DNA of 64,000 nt, from positions 620,001 through 684,000 of the forward strand of contig RDEW01000003.1 of NCBI GenBank assembly GCA_011109175.1. Direction: 5' to 3'. A program made the position numbers and the translations under genes. The stretch's first letter is position 1. Every line of letters begins with the position of its first letter. Positions 51,870-63,845 of this stretch are shown here, in pieces. A model generated the notes under the pieces. That model made no database searches and was not told the origin of the DNA. It was given only the letters and a program-made list of their open reading frames with translations. Source of the stretch: Dicyema japonicum (taxonomy: Eukaryota; Animalia; Dicyemida).

Positions 51870-54715
51870 ATACTATAGTACTCAACAGCCGACATGCCGT
51901 GTGACTCGCCTCGTGGTGGCATCGCTCACTTGCTGTGTTGGAAAAGAGTCGCAAACTCAATATCCCGGAACCATGGACGCGCGGATGATGTCGAGGAAAA
52001 TCCTGGACCAGATCTAGTCATATTACAAATTAACATCAATGGTATCCGAACAAAAATTGCCGAACTACAACGCACTCTTATAAAACACTTATTGGATATA
52101 GCTCTTTTCCAAGAGACGAAACTTAACCCACGGCGACCAACCCCCAACTTTCTGGGATACTCTGTTTTTAGACAAGACAGAGGTTATGGAAAGGGAGGAG
52201 GCCTTATTACGCTAACCAGGAAGTATATAATGGCCAGAAATATCTCGGACGACATCCCGGACTCTCCTTCCAAGACGACACACTGGAACATCTAATTATG
52301 AGAATATGCCTACCCTCTCTCCGATTGACAGTTGTACATACCCCCTCCACCGTCAGCCCCAGTGGTTACATCCCCGTACTCAGACGATTCACCAGGTTAG
52401 AAAACTCGGTAATTGGCGGTGATCTAAATGCGAAGAGTTCTCAATGGTATACTGATCAACAACTGGATCATGGGGAGTCCTCATATCCGACACTTTTGAC
52501 GACATGATTCTCAATAATCCAAGCAAACACAAAAGGACCTCTTCCCGTTGAGGTGACTCCCTCACTTCACCAGACATTTCTGCTTCCTTCTCTCGCGGCT
52601 GTTATTTCATGGTATACTATATACGACTTACATATCGACCATAACCCGATCTTCATGAAGATCCCACAAAAATATAAGTTAATGAACACTCCGAGAACCA
52701 ATGTGAACTACTCAAAGGCAATATGACCCTCCTTGACACATTTTACCGAACTACTGCCTTTTGGATAGAGAACTTCGGATCTATTGACGCTGATGTCAAA
52801 TACCTCAACGAGATTATATTCTGAGCTCGCAAAAGATACATTCCGATGGGTCATCCTCAACGTCCATCACATTCAATTGATGCTGAAACACGAGCTCTAA
52901 TCCAAACGAGAAATAAGCTGAAGAATTTCGAAAAACAATCAGTGGAAGTAACTGAAAGGATATCAAAACTGAACAAAGAATTCACGCGGAATATCACAAA
53001 ACACAACAAAGAACGTTGGGAAGCCTTGCTCAGAAAAGCTGCGAACAATATTTCCCCACTGTATTATGGAAATCGATAAGGATGCTCAAGAAGTGCTCTC
53101 CACATTTAATTGGACATCGAGAGCCATATCCAAATCCCAATGACATTATCAAGTACTATGTGAATATTAGTCATAAATCATATTCAAAAGTCCTGGATGT
53201 TCGTTCTGACAATAGTTGAAGGAATAAATGTCCCAACATGACTTTCATCGACCCTTCAATGATGCACTCAGTAATCAGGAAAATGAATAACTCGTTTTCC
53301 TGCGGTTCAGATGACATCTCCATTCTCGAACTGAAACACCTTTCGCGACGTCCGAAATAACACAAATTTTCAACCTCTCAATTCGAACAAGATTCCGTCA
53401 ATATGGAAGAGATCTCTGATACACCCTATCCTGAAGAAAAACAAACTGCCCGTCTTCCTACCGCTCGGTACCCATCATCTGCGCCTTATGACGTGTGTTA
53501 GAAAAACTGGTCCTTCAAAAGATTTTTCCATTCATAACTCTACCATCTTTTCTACACGGATTCCGTGAAGGACACTCAACAACAACTTATCTAACAAAAC
53601 TGGTTCAATTCATTCAGGACGGCATGAATACCTCAAATCCACACGAGAGAACCGTGCTGGTATTATTAAATGGAGAGAAGGCTTCTGACTCAGTATCTCG
53701 GAAGATCCTTACAGCAAAAATTTTTACGACGTCGATCCACCCAAATTCAGATCATGGCTGGCTAACTTCAACGGTCGAATGGGCGAGTGGTGGCGAACAA
53801 CCAAAAATTAAAACTGCGATACCTTCCAAATGGTGTTCTACAAGGATCACCGTTGTTTCCAATGCTCTTCAACATGTTCATTAGTGACCTACCATCCCCT
53901 ACCACCAAAAATACAATTCTTCTATGATATGCGGATGATCTCGTGGTCGCAGTGAAACATGGAAGAATCGAGGAGGCGACACAATACGTGCAAGAGCTAC
54001 TAAAGTAGATGGGTTTTTGGTTCCTGAAGAATCGTGTGGATATATCACCAGAAAAGTCACATGTAATGACGTTTACCTTAGCACGTAAAGAATTACGGCC
54101 AACAACACAAATAACATTGTATGACTCCCGCTTTCCATTAAGAAGACTTTTTCAATCCGTAGAGTCTTTCTGGATCCCTACTCACATTCACCTATCAAGT
54201 GAACTTATTAATCGCGAGGATACGAAAGTAAATTGGAGTGCTTAAGGTGTTCATTCACTCTCCAATATCTTCCCGGCAATCGCTAGAGCTTCTATAAAAA
54301 CAATTTGTTCTACCTAGTATCGAGTACGCCTGTGCTGCATGGATTGCCCCCTTATCAATATCGGCACAGAGCAAGCTGGAGGTTTTACAACATCGATGTC
54401 TTAGGATTCTATTGAGATCGTCGAAAAAGACGTCCACCTCGTTACTGCGGAAAACACTAAACGTCCTCCCAAACATGGAATATTTTACGGAACATCACCG
54501 GGACTTCTTTAAGATAGCCCCTCGGACCGCACATTAGACTATATATGGACGCCTGCCCGAGATATGAGAAGAAACCTTCCCCGCTGTGGAGATTAATCCA
54601 GGACTCCAAAACTAACTGCAGGAAAAGGACTGGCATGGACACCGGGATCACTTAATTAGACGATAACTTTTATCCTCTTTCTCGTGATTTCGGGGTTAAT
54701 AAAATAAATAAATAA
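51870..54715 (+). mobile_element. Near-full-span Ingi/Vingi-like LINE with canonical 2A motif (degenerate ORF)
   Basis: DVEENPGP (51987-52010), ILQININGIR..LFQETKL, GGDLNAKS, SCGSDDIS, GFREGHSTT, YADDL, and a 3' tail ggggttaataaaataaataaataaa. Confidence 0.85.
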
Positions 54716-54746
54716 ATTTTTAATATTATTTCTAAATCTTGTTTAT

Positions 54747-54990
54747 TTCCGGGTGGCGTAGTGGTTAGGTGTCGGGTTAAAAGTGACTTAGGTTACGGTT
54801 CGATTCTGGTGGAAGGTTCCACTCATCTACGATGCAGAAAAAGTTTGACGAGTGACGCCGTCATCAGTGGATACTCACTGCGGAACTGGATTGTCTAGAA
54901 AGGACCCACACACAAGAAAAAAAAAAGAAGTGAAGATCACTCTGTCCTGCCTATACGGAGCTATAAATACTATGGAAAAGGCTTTATTAT
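54747..54990 (+). mobile_element. tRNA-derived SINE, copy 1
   Basis: A box TGGCGTAGTGG (~54754), B box GGTTCGATTC (54797-54806) and a (tta)n tail. 14-bp TSD taaatcttgtttat at 54733-54746 and 54991-55004. Body matches 57567-57847. Confidence 0.85.
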
Positions 54991-55029
54991 TAAATCTTGT
55001 TTATCCATGTCACGTGTTTCTTCTGGAAC

Positions 55030-55620
55030 TAAAACGGTGTTTGAAAGATGAACAGAGAGTGTTTCAAAATAAATGTGAACTTGTATATTTTTGCACAAAG
55101 GTTGATGGAAAAATACATTGTTTGAAATGTCAATATACCGAAAGAATACAACCTAAAAAGGCATTATCAATCTAATCATCGATCATACAATTATTTCGAA
55201 GGTATTTCCTTGTCAACCAAGAAGGACCAATGTGTGTTTCAAAGCTAAATGAATTGCGAAAAAAATTAGTACTGCATCAGTTACCGAAATAATTCTATTT
55301 ATGGAAATGAAAGGCAAAAACCCAGACAAATTCAATCTTGGATCAAAGATTTGGCATTTGTAGTGGATATTATCATACATATGAACGACCTTAAATTATA
55401 ATTGCAGAGCAAAGACAAACTCATAACTCAGTTGTCAGATGAAATCAGAACATTATGGAAGTCTCAGCTATTAAATGAAGATTTAGTTTATTTTCCTACA
55501 TGCAAAGAGCTCAGGAGTACTTTTGGTGAACATACTGTAATGAATTCTTCCCAGTATGAAAAACAGTTGTAATCGTTGTTAACGGAATTTCAAGAATTAA
55601 ACAAAAATTTAGTGCTTATC
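55030..55620 (+). mobile_element. Internally deleted GTF2IRD2-like hAT transposase remnant
   Basis: KDEQRVFQNKCELVYFCTKVDGKIHCLKC and DLKL.LQSKDKLI...VYFPTCKEL. Confidence 0.7.
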
Positions 55621-55909
55621 AGTTAAAATTTAGTCACATTTTTGTAATTCGGCTTATTAAATAATAATTTGGTTTCTATGCACTGACATTCTTTCCCCGC
55701 ATTCCGCATCCCTTAGTAATTTTTGATTTCCCACTTTCATGTAAACTTCAGACTCCTAAAACGTGATATTCTTTGGGAGGGGTCTCATCCTGTACCTATC
55801 CTTTCTATCATTCGTCTCAGGAATAATCTTATTCATTTGATTGATTTTTATAAATATTAATTTTTTAAGGGACTTTATGGTTTTATTATCAAATGAATAA
55901 AAATTAAAT

Positions 55910-56005
55910 TAAGGCATCTGAATGGCCATGCTATTTCCCCTAACAATAGCCAACGAGATACGTTCTCGGAACCAACCAGTCTCTCGCGGATCTTGGTCAA
56001 TATTA
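55910..56005 (-). mobile_element. Short CRE 3'-end fragment
   Basis: DQDPRETGWFRERISLAIVRGNSMAIQMP*. Confidence 0.75.
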
Positions 56006-56038
56006 ATTTAATCTAATAAGTTTATAATTATGTATAAA

Positions 56039-57207
56039 TAGGCTTACCACTTTATTATTCTAGAAATCCGGTCAAAAAATTAAAAGAATTAAAATTATCA
56101 TAACTTTTTGACCCTCCTTATTTCGGTATTCGTTACTGAATATTTTTTCGTTGAAATTTGGTCGTATAAGGGATATGTTAGCGGCGATTGTGTCCCCGTC
56201 GTGGCGTTTTAAAATCACCATCTTTAATTTCTTCGTATTTCCATCTACGGTTTTTCATTTTTTTCGCCTGATTTACAATTCTTCGTTTTTCTTGTCCCTC
56301 TAATTTTTTTCGAGGCGATGAAGAATGTACTAATACTTTCTCGTTTTCATCTTGGCCGTCAAAGTCCAGTAGCGCTTCTAATTCGCCTTTTTATATTTTT
56401 TAGAAAGATTCACATTGAAAAAAATTTCAAATGGTCTTTGTTTTGTTGTATCGTAAACAGGATGGTTATAATAGATGTAACTACTGGTTTAGTCGCAAGC
56501 ATTCGTTTAGACTAAAATTGTTAGAATTAATAATTTACCTGACAACAAACACATTTAGATACCACAGTAGCCACTTCACTACGTCTTGCACCATAAAAGG
56601 TAAGTGACAATAAACTGTCCAAAGTGATTTAAATTATGTTGAGTCTAGTTTTAATCAACAAATATACAACTTCAATGTATTTTAGTTTTAATCAGTTTCC
56701 TCAATACAAAAGAATCGCAACTCTCGACCATTTATAGTGATGTAGACCGCGGATTCCTTGAAACTGAGACTTTGAGCATATCGTTTGATTTTTGCTAGTT
56801 GTCCCGGTTCACTGAAAATCTTAATTTTTCAATTGCTTCTCATGTTAATTCCACTAAAACCATATTTTGTAATTGATATTTTCAAAAAAAACTATATAAT
56901 AAGTTTTATTTTTTATTATTAATAATTTCTTCTAATGAAATGTGTGTGAAAAAAATATTTTTTCGTATTATGAGCATCGACCTTGCAGCTCTGGCTTCTA
57001 GCAGCTCTGGACTGTGACATTATTATTTAAAATTAACTAAGAAAGTCGATTCTATGTTTGAACTGAATGAACTTTATCTAGAAATTTTACTAGTCATTTT
57101 TGATTGTGATAATCACAAATTACTAAATAATAAATATGATAATCTGGACATTCCGGGACATTTAAATCCGGGACAAGGCTCAAAATCCGGGACGGATGGT
57201 AAGCCTA
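56039..57207. mobile_element. Non-autonomous hAT element with TIRs and 8-bp TSD
   Basis: 11-bp TIR TAGGCTTACCA (56039-56049 and 57197-57207). TSD tgtataaa / tgtaaaaa (7/8 match). Three subterminal ccgggac repeats at the right end. Confidence 0.75.
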
Positions 57208-57566
57208 TGTAAAAATCATGATTTTTTCAATGAATTTTATAAAAAGACCCACAAAAGACTCTTGCCCGGTATGGACGGTGACAATATTTATTAAAACAAG
57301 ATTAATTTTTTATTCTTTGATAAAAAATCTATTATTTTCATGTTGTTTTCTTTTTTTTCGTAGTGAAGAACAATATCGTTTTTAAATCTGTGGTTTATAA
57401 ACATTTTCATGTGTTTTTTTTGTTTTAATAAATTAAAAAGCATTGTGGAGACACGTTCCATATCTTTTATAACTTTATACTCTAAATGTTCCACTGTGTC
57501 TTGCTGCTATCTTCGTTACCGCTATGATCACCAAAGTTGCATTTTCCAAAATATCCTGATTAACAT

Positions 57567-57847
57567 CTTGTGTGTGGGTCCTTTCTAGACAATCCAGTTC
57601 CGCAGTGAGTATCCACTGATGACGGCGTCACTCGTCAAACCCTTTTAGCATCGTAGACGCGTGGAACTTTTACCAGGTGAACAACAGCGAGAATCGAACC
57701 CGTAACCTAAGCCCAAGAAAAAGAAGTAAAGATCATTCCTTGGTTCTACGATTAGTTAAAATTAACTGTTCTTTACTTAAATAAAGTGTGTGTCCTGCCT
57801 ATGCGGAGCTATAAATACTATGGCTCTCGTGAATAGGGTGTTATTAT
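57567..57847. mobile_element. tRNA-derived SINE, copy 2, with 5' inversion
   Basis: Head and body inverted (57567-57711), tail in sense orientation (~57713-57847). 15-bp TSD tatcctgattaacat at 57552-57566 and 57848-57862. Confidence 0.85.
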
Positions 57848-57949
57848 TATCCTGATTAACATGATATTGTGATCTTGTGATCTCTTTATAGCTTCATCTA
57901 TTTGAACTGAGTTTTAAAATGATTTTAATATCCTGATCACAAGGCAACA

Positions 57950-58560
57950 TTAAAGAAGTCGTATTTATGAAAAAAATATGTTTGAATATTGGATAAAATT
58001 AGCATAATTTCATTATCCATCAGTAATGCAATTTTTTTCCCTCAGTAACATCTTCATAAATATTTTTTGAGCATCATATTCAATGGCTTTTAGATTTACT
58101 TCTCTCTACTCTCTTGGGACTTTGCATATTATAAGCGGTTCATATTTTTAACCAGTGTAGCTGCATAATAAAAGAAGTGAAAGGCGTTTTATTTTATTTC
58201 CTTGGATTCACTTTTTTCAACAAAACTTTTTTTGACAGATTTATAAAATTTCAGTTTTATCAAAATTTAAATTTTTTCTTGTTCATCTTTAAGTCAATCA
58301 CTTAATTTTTATCGAAAGTTTTCTGTCTTGAAGGGTTTTGAATTTTATATTAAATTGTCTCTTAAATTGGTGGAGTTACCCATTTGATGCAAAAAAAGTC
58401 GTCATTAAAAAGTCTATTCCAATTTTGCATGCATCAAGTTTAAATGTTAGTCCATTAGTCGAGAAACCCCTGCATCTCAGAACGAAAAACTTGATAAACT
58501 TCCATATTTATTTGGTACCCATTCACTCAATTTGACGTAGAGCAGACTTCATATGGGATT
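57950..58560 (-). mobile_element. pogo/Tigger transposase N-terminal remnant (CENP-B-type HTH)
   Basis: DDFFASNG.LHQFKRQFNIKFKTLQ resembles the F.ASxGWL..FK.R..I motif. Confidence 0.55.
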
Positions 58561-59028
58561 TCTTCTCTTCGTTTTTTTTTAAATGTCATACTTTTTACAA
58601 ATAAATGCATCTTTATATAGGTTTATAAAGAGGTTTCCCCCGCAGGGTTTCCCCAAAACAAAATCGTAGTGTACTTCAACAAGACAGATAACATATGACT
58701 GACCGATTACATCGGATTACTCTTTTTGAGTTCTAAAAGTGGAAAAGATGTATTGTGCTGTGGGTAAATCTATTTATTCAATTCTCCAAGTTGAATCGAC
58801 ATCCATTCCAAACGACAACTCGGGATGGGGAAAGATTCTAGCACGTTGAATATTCATTTTGTATAGGGGGATGTTTGCCTGGTGGACTTAAACCTTCACT
58901 AAATTCACCACGTGGTTAACTCATCTATCAGCAATATTCCGCTAAAAGTGATTAAACCTCAAAGTTAATTCAACACAAAAAAGTTTAGTTTAAAATCTTA
59001 AGTAGCAAAAAAGTCATTTAAACAGAAA

Positions 59029-59839
59029 TTACTCCATTCGTGGCCCTGAAAATGATCCTCAGGTCTTACTCTTTCTCAAGTCAAATGCCTGCTTATGTCC
59101 GCGTCGTTTGGCTCGTTTACGAAAAGAATCAGTGAAAACTCCTCTGGCGTTGCCAAAATTCGGATTTCCGTGAATTCTGTAGTAGTCACTCCTCGATTCA
59201 GCTCCGAACGACTTCTTGTCGGCTTAGAACTTATCAAATTACCTAACATTTCAATTTCAGTCTAATTTCCATATTGGATTCGCTTCCACTTACGCGACAT
59301 AACCGAAACGATTCGAAGTCTTCGACCTCCTTCAAGTCTTCTTCACAGAGGGACTCGTATAGTTCGGCAACCTGCGTTGGGGACGGGAACAATACGTTGC
59401 CTGCAATCACGGAAATCAAAAAACAGGAATTATCGTCAATCCATTCGACTTCAGCGGGATAAAACTGCTCAAACACATCAAAAACGTCTTTCGTGGACAT
59501 TCTATACACACCGACCACGTGGATAGCGTTGGAGATCACATCATTCTTGTTTATAGATGATTTCGAAGAGAAAATTCTTAAATAAAAGCACGAATATTAA
59601 ACTTTGGTAGTATTGCATTGAACAATGTATATTGACCGTCCTCGTCTACCTGGGAGAGAGTGATAGGCTTGTGAATAATATTATAAAGGTCAAAGTTTGG
59701 GTTGAGGTACCGTTTCTAAATGACTGAGTTTAATTACTCGATTCAGAGTCAATTCTTCGATTTGTGGTTGAATGACCTCATTATTTTCGGGATTTTCATT
59801 AATGATGAGATTTTCCTCACATGAAGCACTTTCAGGCAT
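59029..59839 (-). CDS. NCBP3: Nuclear cap-binding protein subunit 3-like
   Basis: Introns of 22, 26, 24 and 25 nt, plus a probable 24-nt last intron (otherwise the stop is at 59059). Motifs NAIHVVGVYRMSTKDVFDVF..PAEVEWIDDNSCNV and DKKSFGAESRSDYYRIHGNPNFG match the NCBP3 RRM-like region. Confidence 0.85.
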
Positions 59840-59879
59840 TATTTAAAATAATCAAATAAAAAATTAAAAATTTTATTTA

Positions 59880-62553
59880 TTATTATTTAAAGCACTCCCG
59901 AGAAGTCATAAAATTAATTAAGCCTCCCTTGTGCCGTATTTCTAGCCATCCTCTCTATCAGCCTTTTCCAGGACCCTCTACTTCGTGCCAGTTCCCTTAA
60001 GGTATCTAGGTCGTCTGCGGAAGTGAGCTTCAGTCCCACAGCCGACAGGTCTCCATTCAAAATAGTTGGGAGTGTGACTCTTGGTCTTCCACGGAAACCG
60101 GCTCCCGTATGCATTAGGTAGTTTTCCATGGCGATATTCGCGGGTACTTGAGCATTTAGACGTAAGATATGTCCAAAGAGACTCCATCTTGATCTGAAGA
60201 TCTCCTCGGATAGTATACCAGATTTGCACTTCGAGTAGAGGTCATTGTTTGAGATCTTCTTAGGCCACTTGATCTTGATTACTGATTTCAATTGTGTCCT
60301 GTGGAAAGCGTCAAGACGGTCCATCTCTTGTTTAGAGATTCCCCAAGTGCCTGAATTGTAGGTCAGGACGGGGATGACAAAAGCCTTATATATTCTGAGT
60401 TTGGTGTTTAATCCCATCCTCTTCTTATGACCCCACATATTCGATACTTTCTTTAGTGCACACATTGCGAGGATTTTCCTCCGAGAAACATCTTCTGAGT
60501 CCCCGAGAAGCGAACCCACCTTCTTTTGCTTTCTCCAAGACTCGTCCGATCTTCGATCATTGCGTGTAAGTGTTGTGAACTCTGTTTTATCGGTGTTAAC
60601 GGTTAAGAACCATTTCGAGAATACGTGTGGAAGAACGTTAAGCATGTGTTGAAGTACTTGAATATCCTCAGAAACAAAGTCCAGGTCGTCCGCGTAGATT
60701 ATCTCGTTATAATTGTTGCCAACCAGGGGTCTGAACTCTCTTAGTGCGGCCTCAAGGTAGACAATAAAGAGGACCGGGGATAGTGAGTCCCCCTGTGGAA
60801 CTCCACGTGAGGTCGAAAAAAAGTTAGAGGTAGAGTCACCAATTTTGACGGCAAGTTGAGTGTTCCGCATGAGTAAGTGTATTATTTTGACATCGTCAGG
60901 CAGTAGAAAACTCTCCAACACTTCCATAAGTTTTCCACGGTCCACCGAGTCGAACGCACGGGACATGTCGATACCAAGTATCTCAATAGATTTTTTGTAT
61001 TTTTGGCACAGGGCACAATACCACCTGTGCCCCCATACCACGTCAGCCGTGGACCTGCCCGTCCGGAATCCACTTTGGCCGTCCGAAAGAAATATGTTCA
61101 CCCTCTCCTTTATTCGGTTTAAAGCAATGAGGGATAATGTTTTTCGTATGGAGGTTAGGAGTATAATAGGTCTGAAGTTGTGAGGGGGGCCTTTACTTTT
61201 TCCCGGTTTTTGTAGTGGAATTAGCCACCCTTTTCCCAGTTCCAGTTCATCTGCACCCTCGAGAGACCGGTTGAAAATGTTAGTAATCATTTCAATTAGC
61301 TCCTCCGGGCCGTATTGTAAAAGTTCTGCAGTAATGAAGTCTGGTCCGGCAGATCTTCCGGTATTTAATTTTTTAATAGCTTGTTGAGTTTCGGATATGG
61401 TAATAGGGCTAGTTAGAGTGTACTTGTAAGACTTCCGAGATTTCATTGCTTGGTCAGCCGCGTCCTGTTTGTTGAACATAAGGTCAAAATGGGATGCCAG
61501 AACGTTTGCTTTGTTAATGGTCCCGATAACGTCGTGACCAAGGTTGTCATGGACAGTTAACGAAATTGGACAGTTTTCTCTGCTAAGAAGCCGGATTGCT
61601 TTGAACATTCTTGGTCCGTTCTTGTACTTTAATATGTCTGAGATTTTCTCCTCAGCTTCATTTTTGGCAAGGAATCTTTGTATTTGTTTGATCTTCGTTA
61701 AGACTCTCCCTCTCTGGGTGCGCAGTACTTTGATATCTTCCGGAGCGTTTGTGTTTTCCATCCGGAGTCTGAGCTCTTTCTGTGTTACAGAGAGTTGTCC
61801 GATATCCGGATTACATTGTTTGTGACGAGATTTGGTGATGTGACCAAGCACACTAAAGGCTGTGTTTTGGATAGCAACCACTATTTCATCCCATAAGCTG
61901 TTTGTCGGCTGATTTTGGTTAATACTGTTGATGCTATCTCTCAGAACTGCACTATAACGACATTTGGTGGATTCTTCGTAGCGTAACCTCTCAGTGTCGA
62001 AACGTACTGAGGTAAGGCCTTTGTGTTTCCCGTGTATTCCATGGATTCTTTTAAGTACTAGCCGGGCGACCACAAGTTTATGATCGCTACTTGTTTCAAG
62101 TCCACCGTAAGATCTCGAGTCCTGTAGGAGGGCCTTCTGATGTTGCTTGCAGATAATATAGTCGATCTGATTGTATATATTGACTGTGTTTCCAGATTTG
62201 CCTTTTCTGGTACCAACCCACGTGGTCCTGTGTCTTGCCGGGTGCTTGAAACAAGTGTTGCATATGAGTAGGTTGAATGCCGTGCAAAATTGTATTAATG
62301 CCTCTCCGGGGATGTTACGGCGGTTTCTACCGTGGGATCCAATACACGTTTCACCAGGTCTTGCTTTTCCGGCCCTGGCGTTCCAGTCCCCGGCGACAAA
62401 AAGAAAGTAAGAGGATGAAAGTGAGTTGTACACACTTGTGAGAGTAGAGTAAAACGTATCCAGTTCTTCGATATTCGTTGATACACGTGCTCCGGTTGGG
62501 GCATATACATTTATGTTTTTTTTGAAGATCTCTCTTCTTTCTGGTGGTGTCAT
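59880..62553 (-). mobile_element. RTE-clade LINE with an uninterrupted 879-aa ORF (59914-62553); APE N-terminus missing
   Basis: NVYAPT, AGDWNARAG, NQIDYI, SDHKLV, GRSAGPD, QSGFRTGRST, GIDMSRAFDSV, GVPQGDSLSP, YADDL, FGHILR, GRPR. The 3' UTR resembles the copy at 2160-2200. Confidence 0.92.
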
Positions 62554-63185
62554 ATAGATCCCATCTTACTGAGGAGACATCCAATTTTTTTGGCCGGCAT
62601 TCAATCGGATCCATCTCTATTTCACTTGCTGACTATTTTCGCTCCCTGATGAGTTTCTGGAATCGACCTTTAGCTTCCCAGAAATTGCCTCTGGATTCAC
62701 TGTGCTTGGATGAAGGCTTTACTGGAACATCACGTGTCAAAGTCACGGGATTAGTTATTTTGCTTTACCCTTGGGTTAAATTCAACTAAAGTCTTTAGTA
62801 TCCTTATCGATCCATGACTCAGCAGGTGGGACGAGAAAATCAGATAGTTTATAATATTGGCACGTGTGAAATTGTAATAAACATAATATGGTCGAAAGCC
62901 GAAATCCGATTTTCAATAATTGTCAAAAAATTAAAATAAATCAATTTTTTTCAAAACGATAAAAACTAATCACAGTTAACTATTTTTAGCTGTCTATAAT
63001 TAACTTTCGTCACTGAACCTTTTTTATGTTGAACGTATATAACTCAAATCGTCAAATTGTTTCAGTGGCACTGCGAAATTTGAAAACATTGCTGTCATTT
63101 ACCACTTACAAATAATGCATCTTTTAATTCTGCAAATCTCCTTTCGACAAAACGAGGCATTATGTCTACAATTATTTGTCTGGTT

Positions 63186-63845
63186 AATTTCTCGAAGCAA
63201 TTAGTTCGCATTTCTTCTGTGCCCTGTTGGTGTTGTCACAAACTTTGGCGTCTGTCAACTACTTTGAGATAAAGCTTTCCGTTAATTATAATACAATTTT
63301 CAGTTTTCTTTTTTGTCGCGTACTCTTAACTTTCGTAATATTTACATTAATATATTGCAAAGATATCCTTGTGAGTTGATCGAAAAATCTATCAGTTTTC
63401 TAGCAGACTTAATCCTTTCAATGAGTATGATTGAAACGTGTCGTTCACAATAGGTAACATGACAATTGATCGCACGTTAGTATTTCTCAAAAAAAACTTG
63501 AAGAATTACAAAATAAAATTTCTCGAGCAATAGTTCGCATTTCTTCTGTGCCTGTTGGTGTTATCACAAACTTGTGGCGTCTGTCAACTACTTTGAGATA
63601 AAGCTTTCCGTTAATTATAATACAATTTTCATTTTTCTTTTTTGTCGGTACTTCTTAACTTTTGTAATATTTACATTAATATATTACAAGATATCCTTGT
63701 GAGTTGATCGTAAATCTATCAGTATTTTTTCTAGCAGACTTAATCCTTTCAATGAGCATGATTGAGCGTGTCGTCACAATAGGTAACATGACAATTGATC
63801 GCACGTTAGTATTTCTAAAAAACTTGAAGAATTACAAAATAAAAT
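63186..63845 (+). repeat. Direct tandem duplication, period ~331 bp
   Basis: 63186-63516 and 63517-63845 are near-identical and differ mostly by 1-nt indels. Confidence 0.9.

Noticed and set aside
54747-54830. Functional tRNA gene
   Set aside because: It has A and B boxes but no convincing cloverleaf or acceptor stem, and it is flanked by TSDs and a (tta)n tail, so it is a SINE head.
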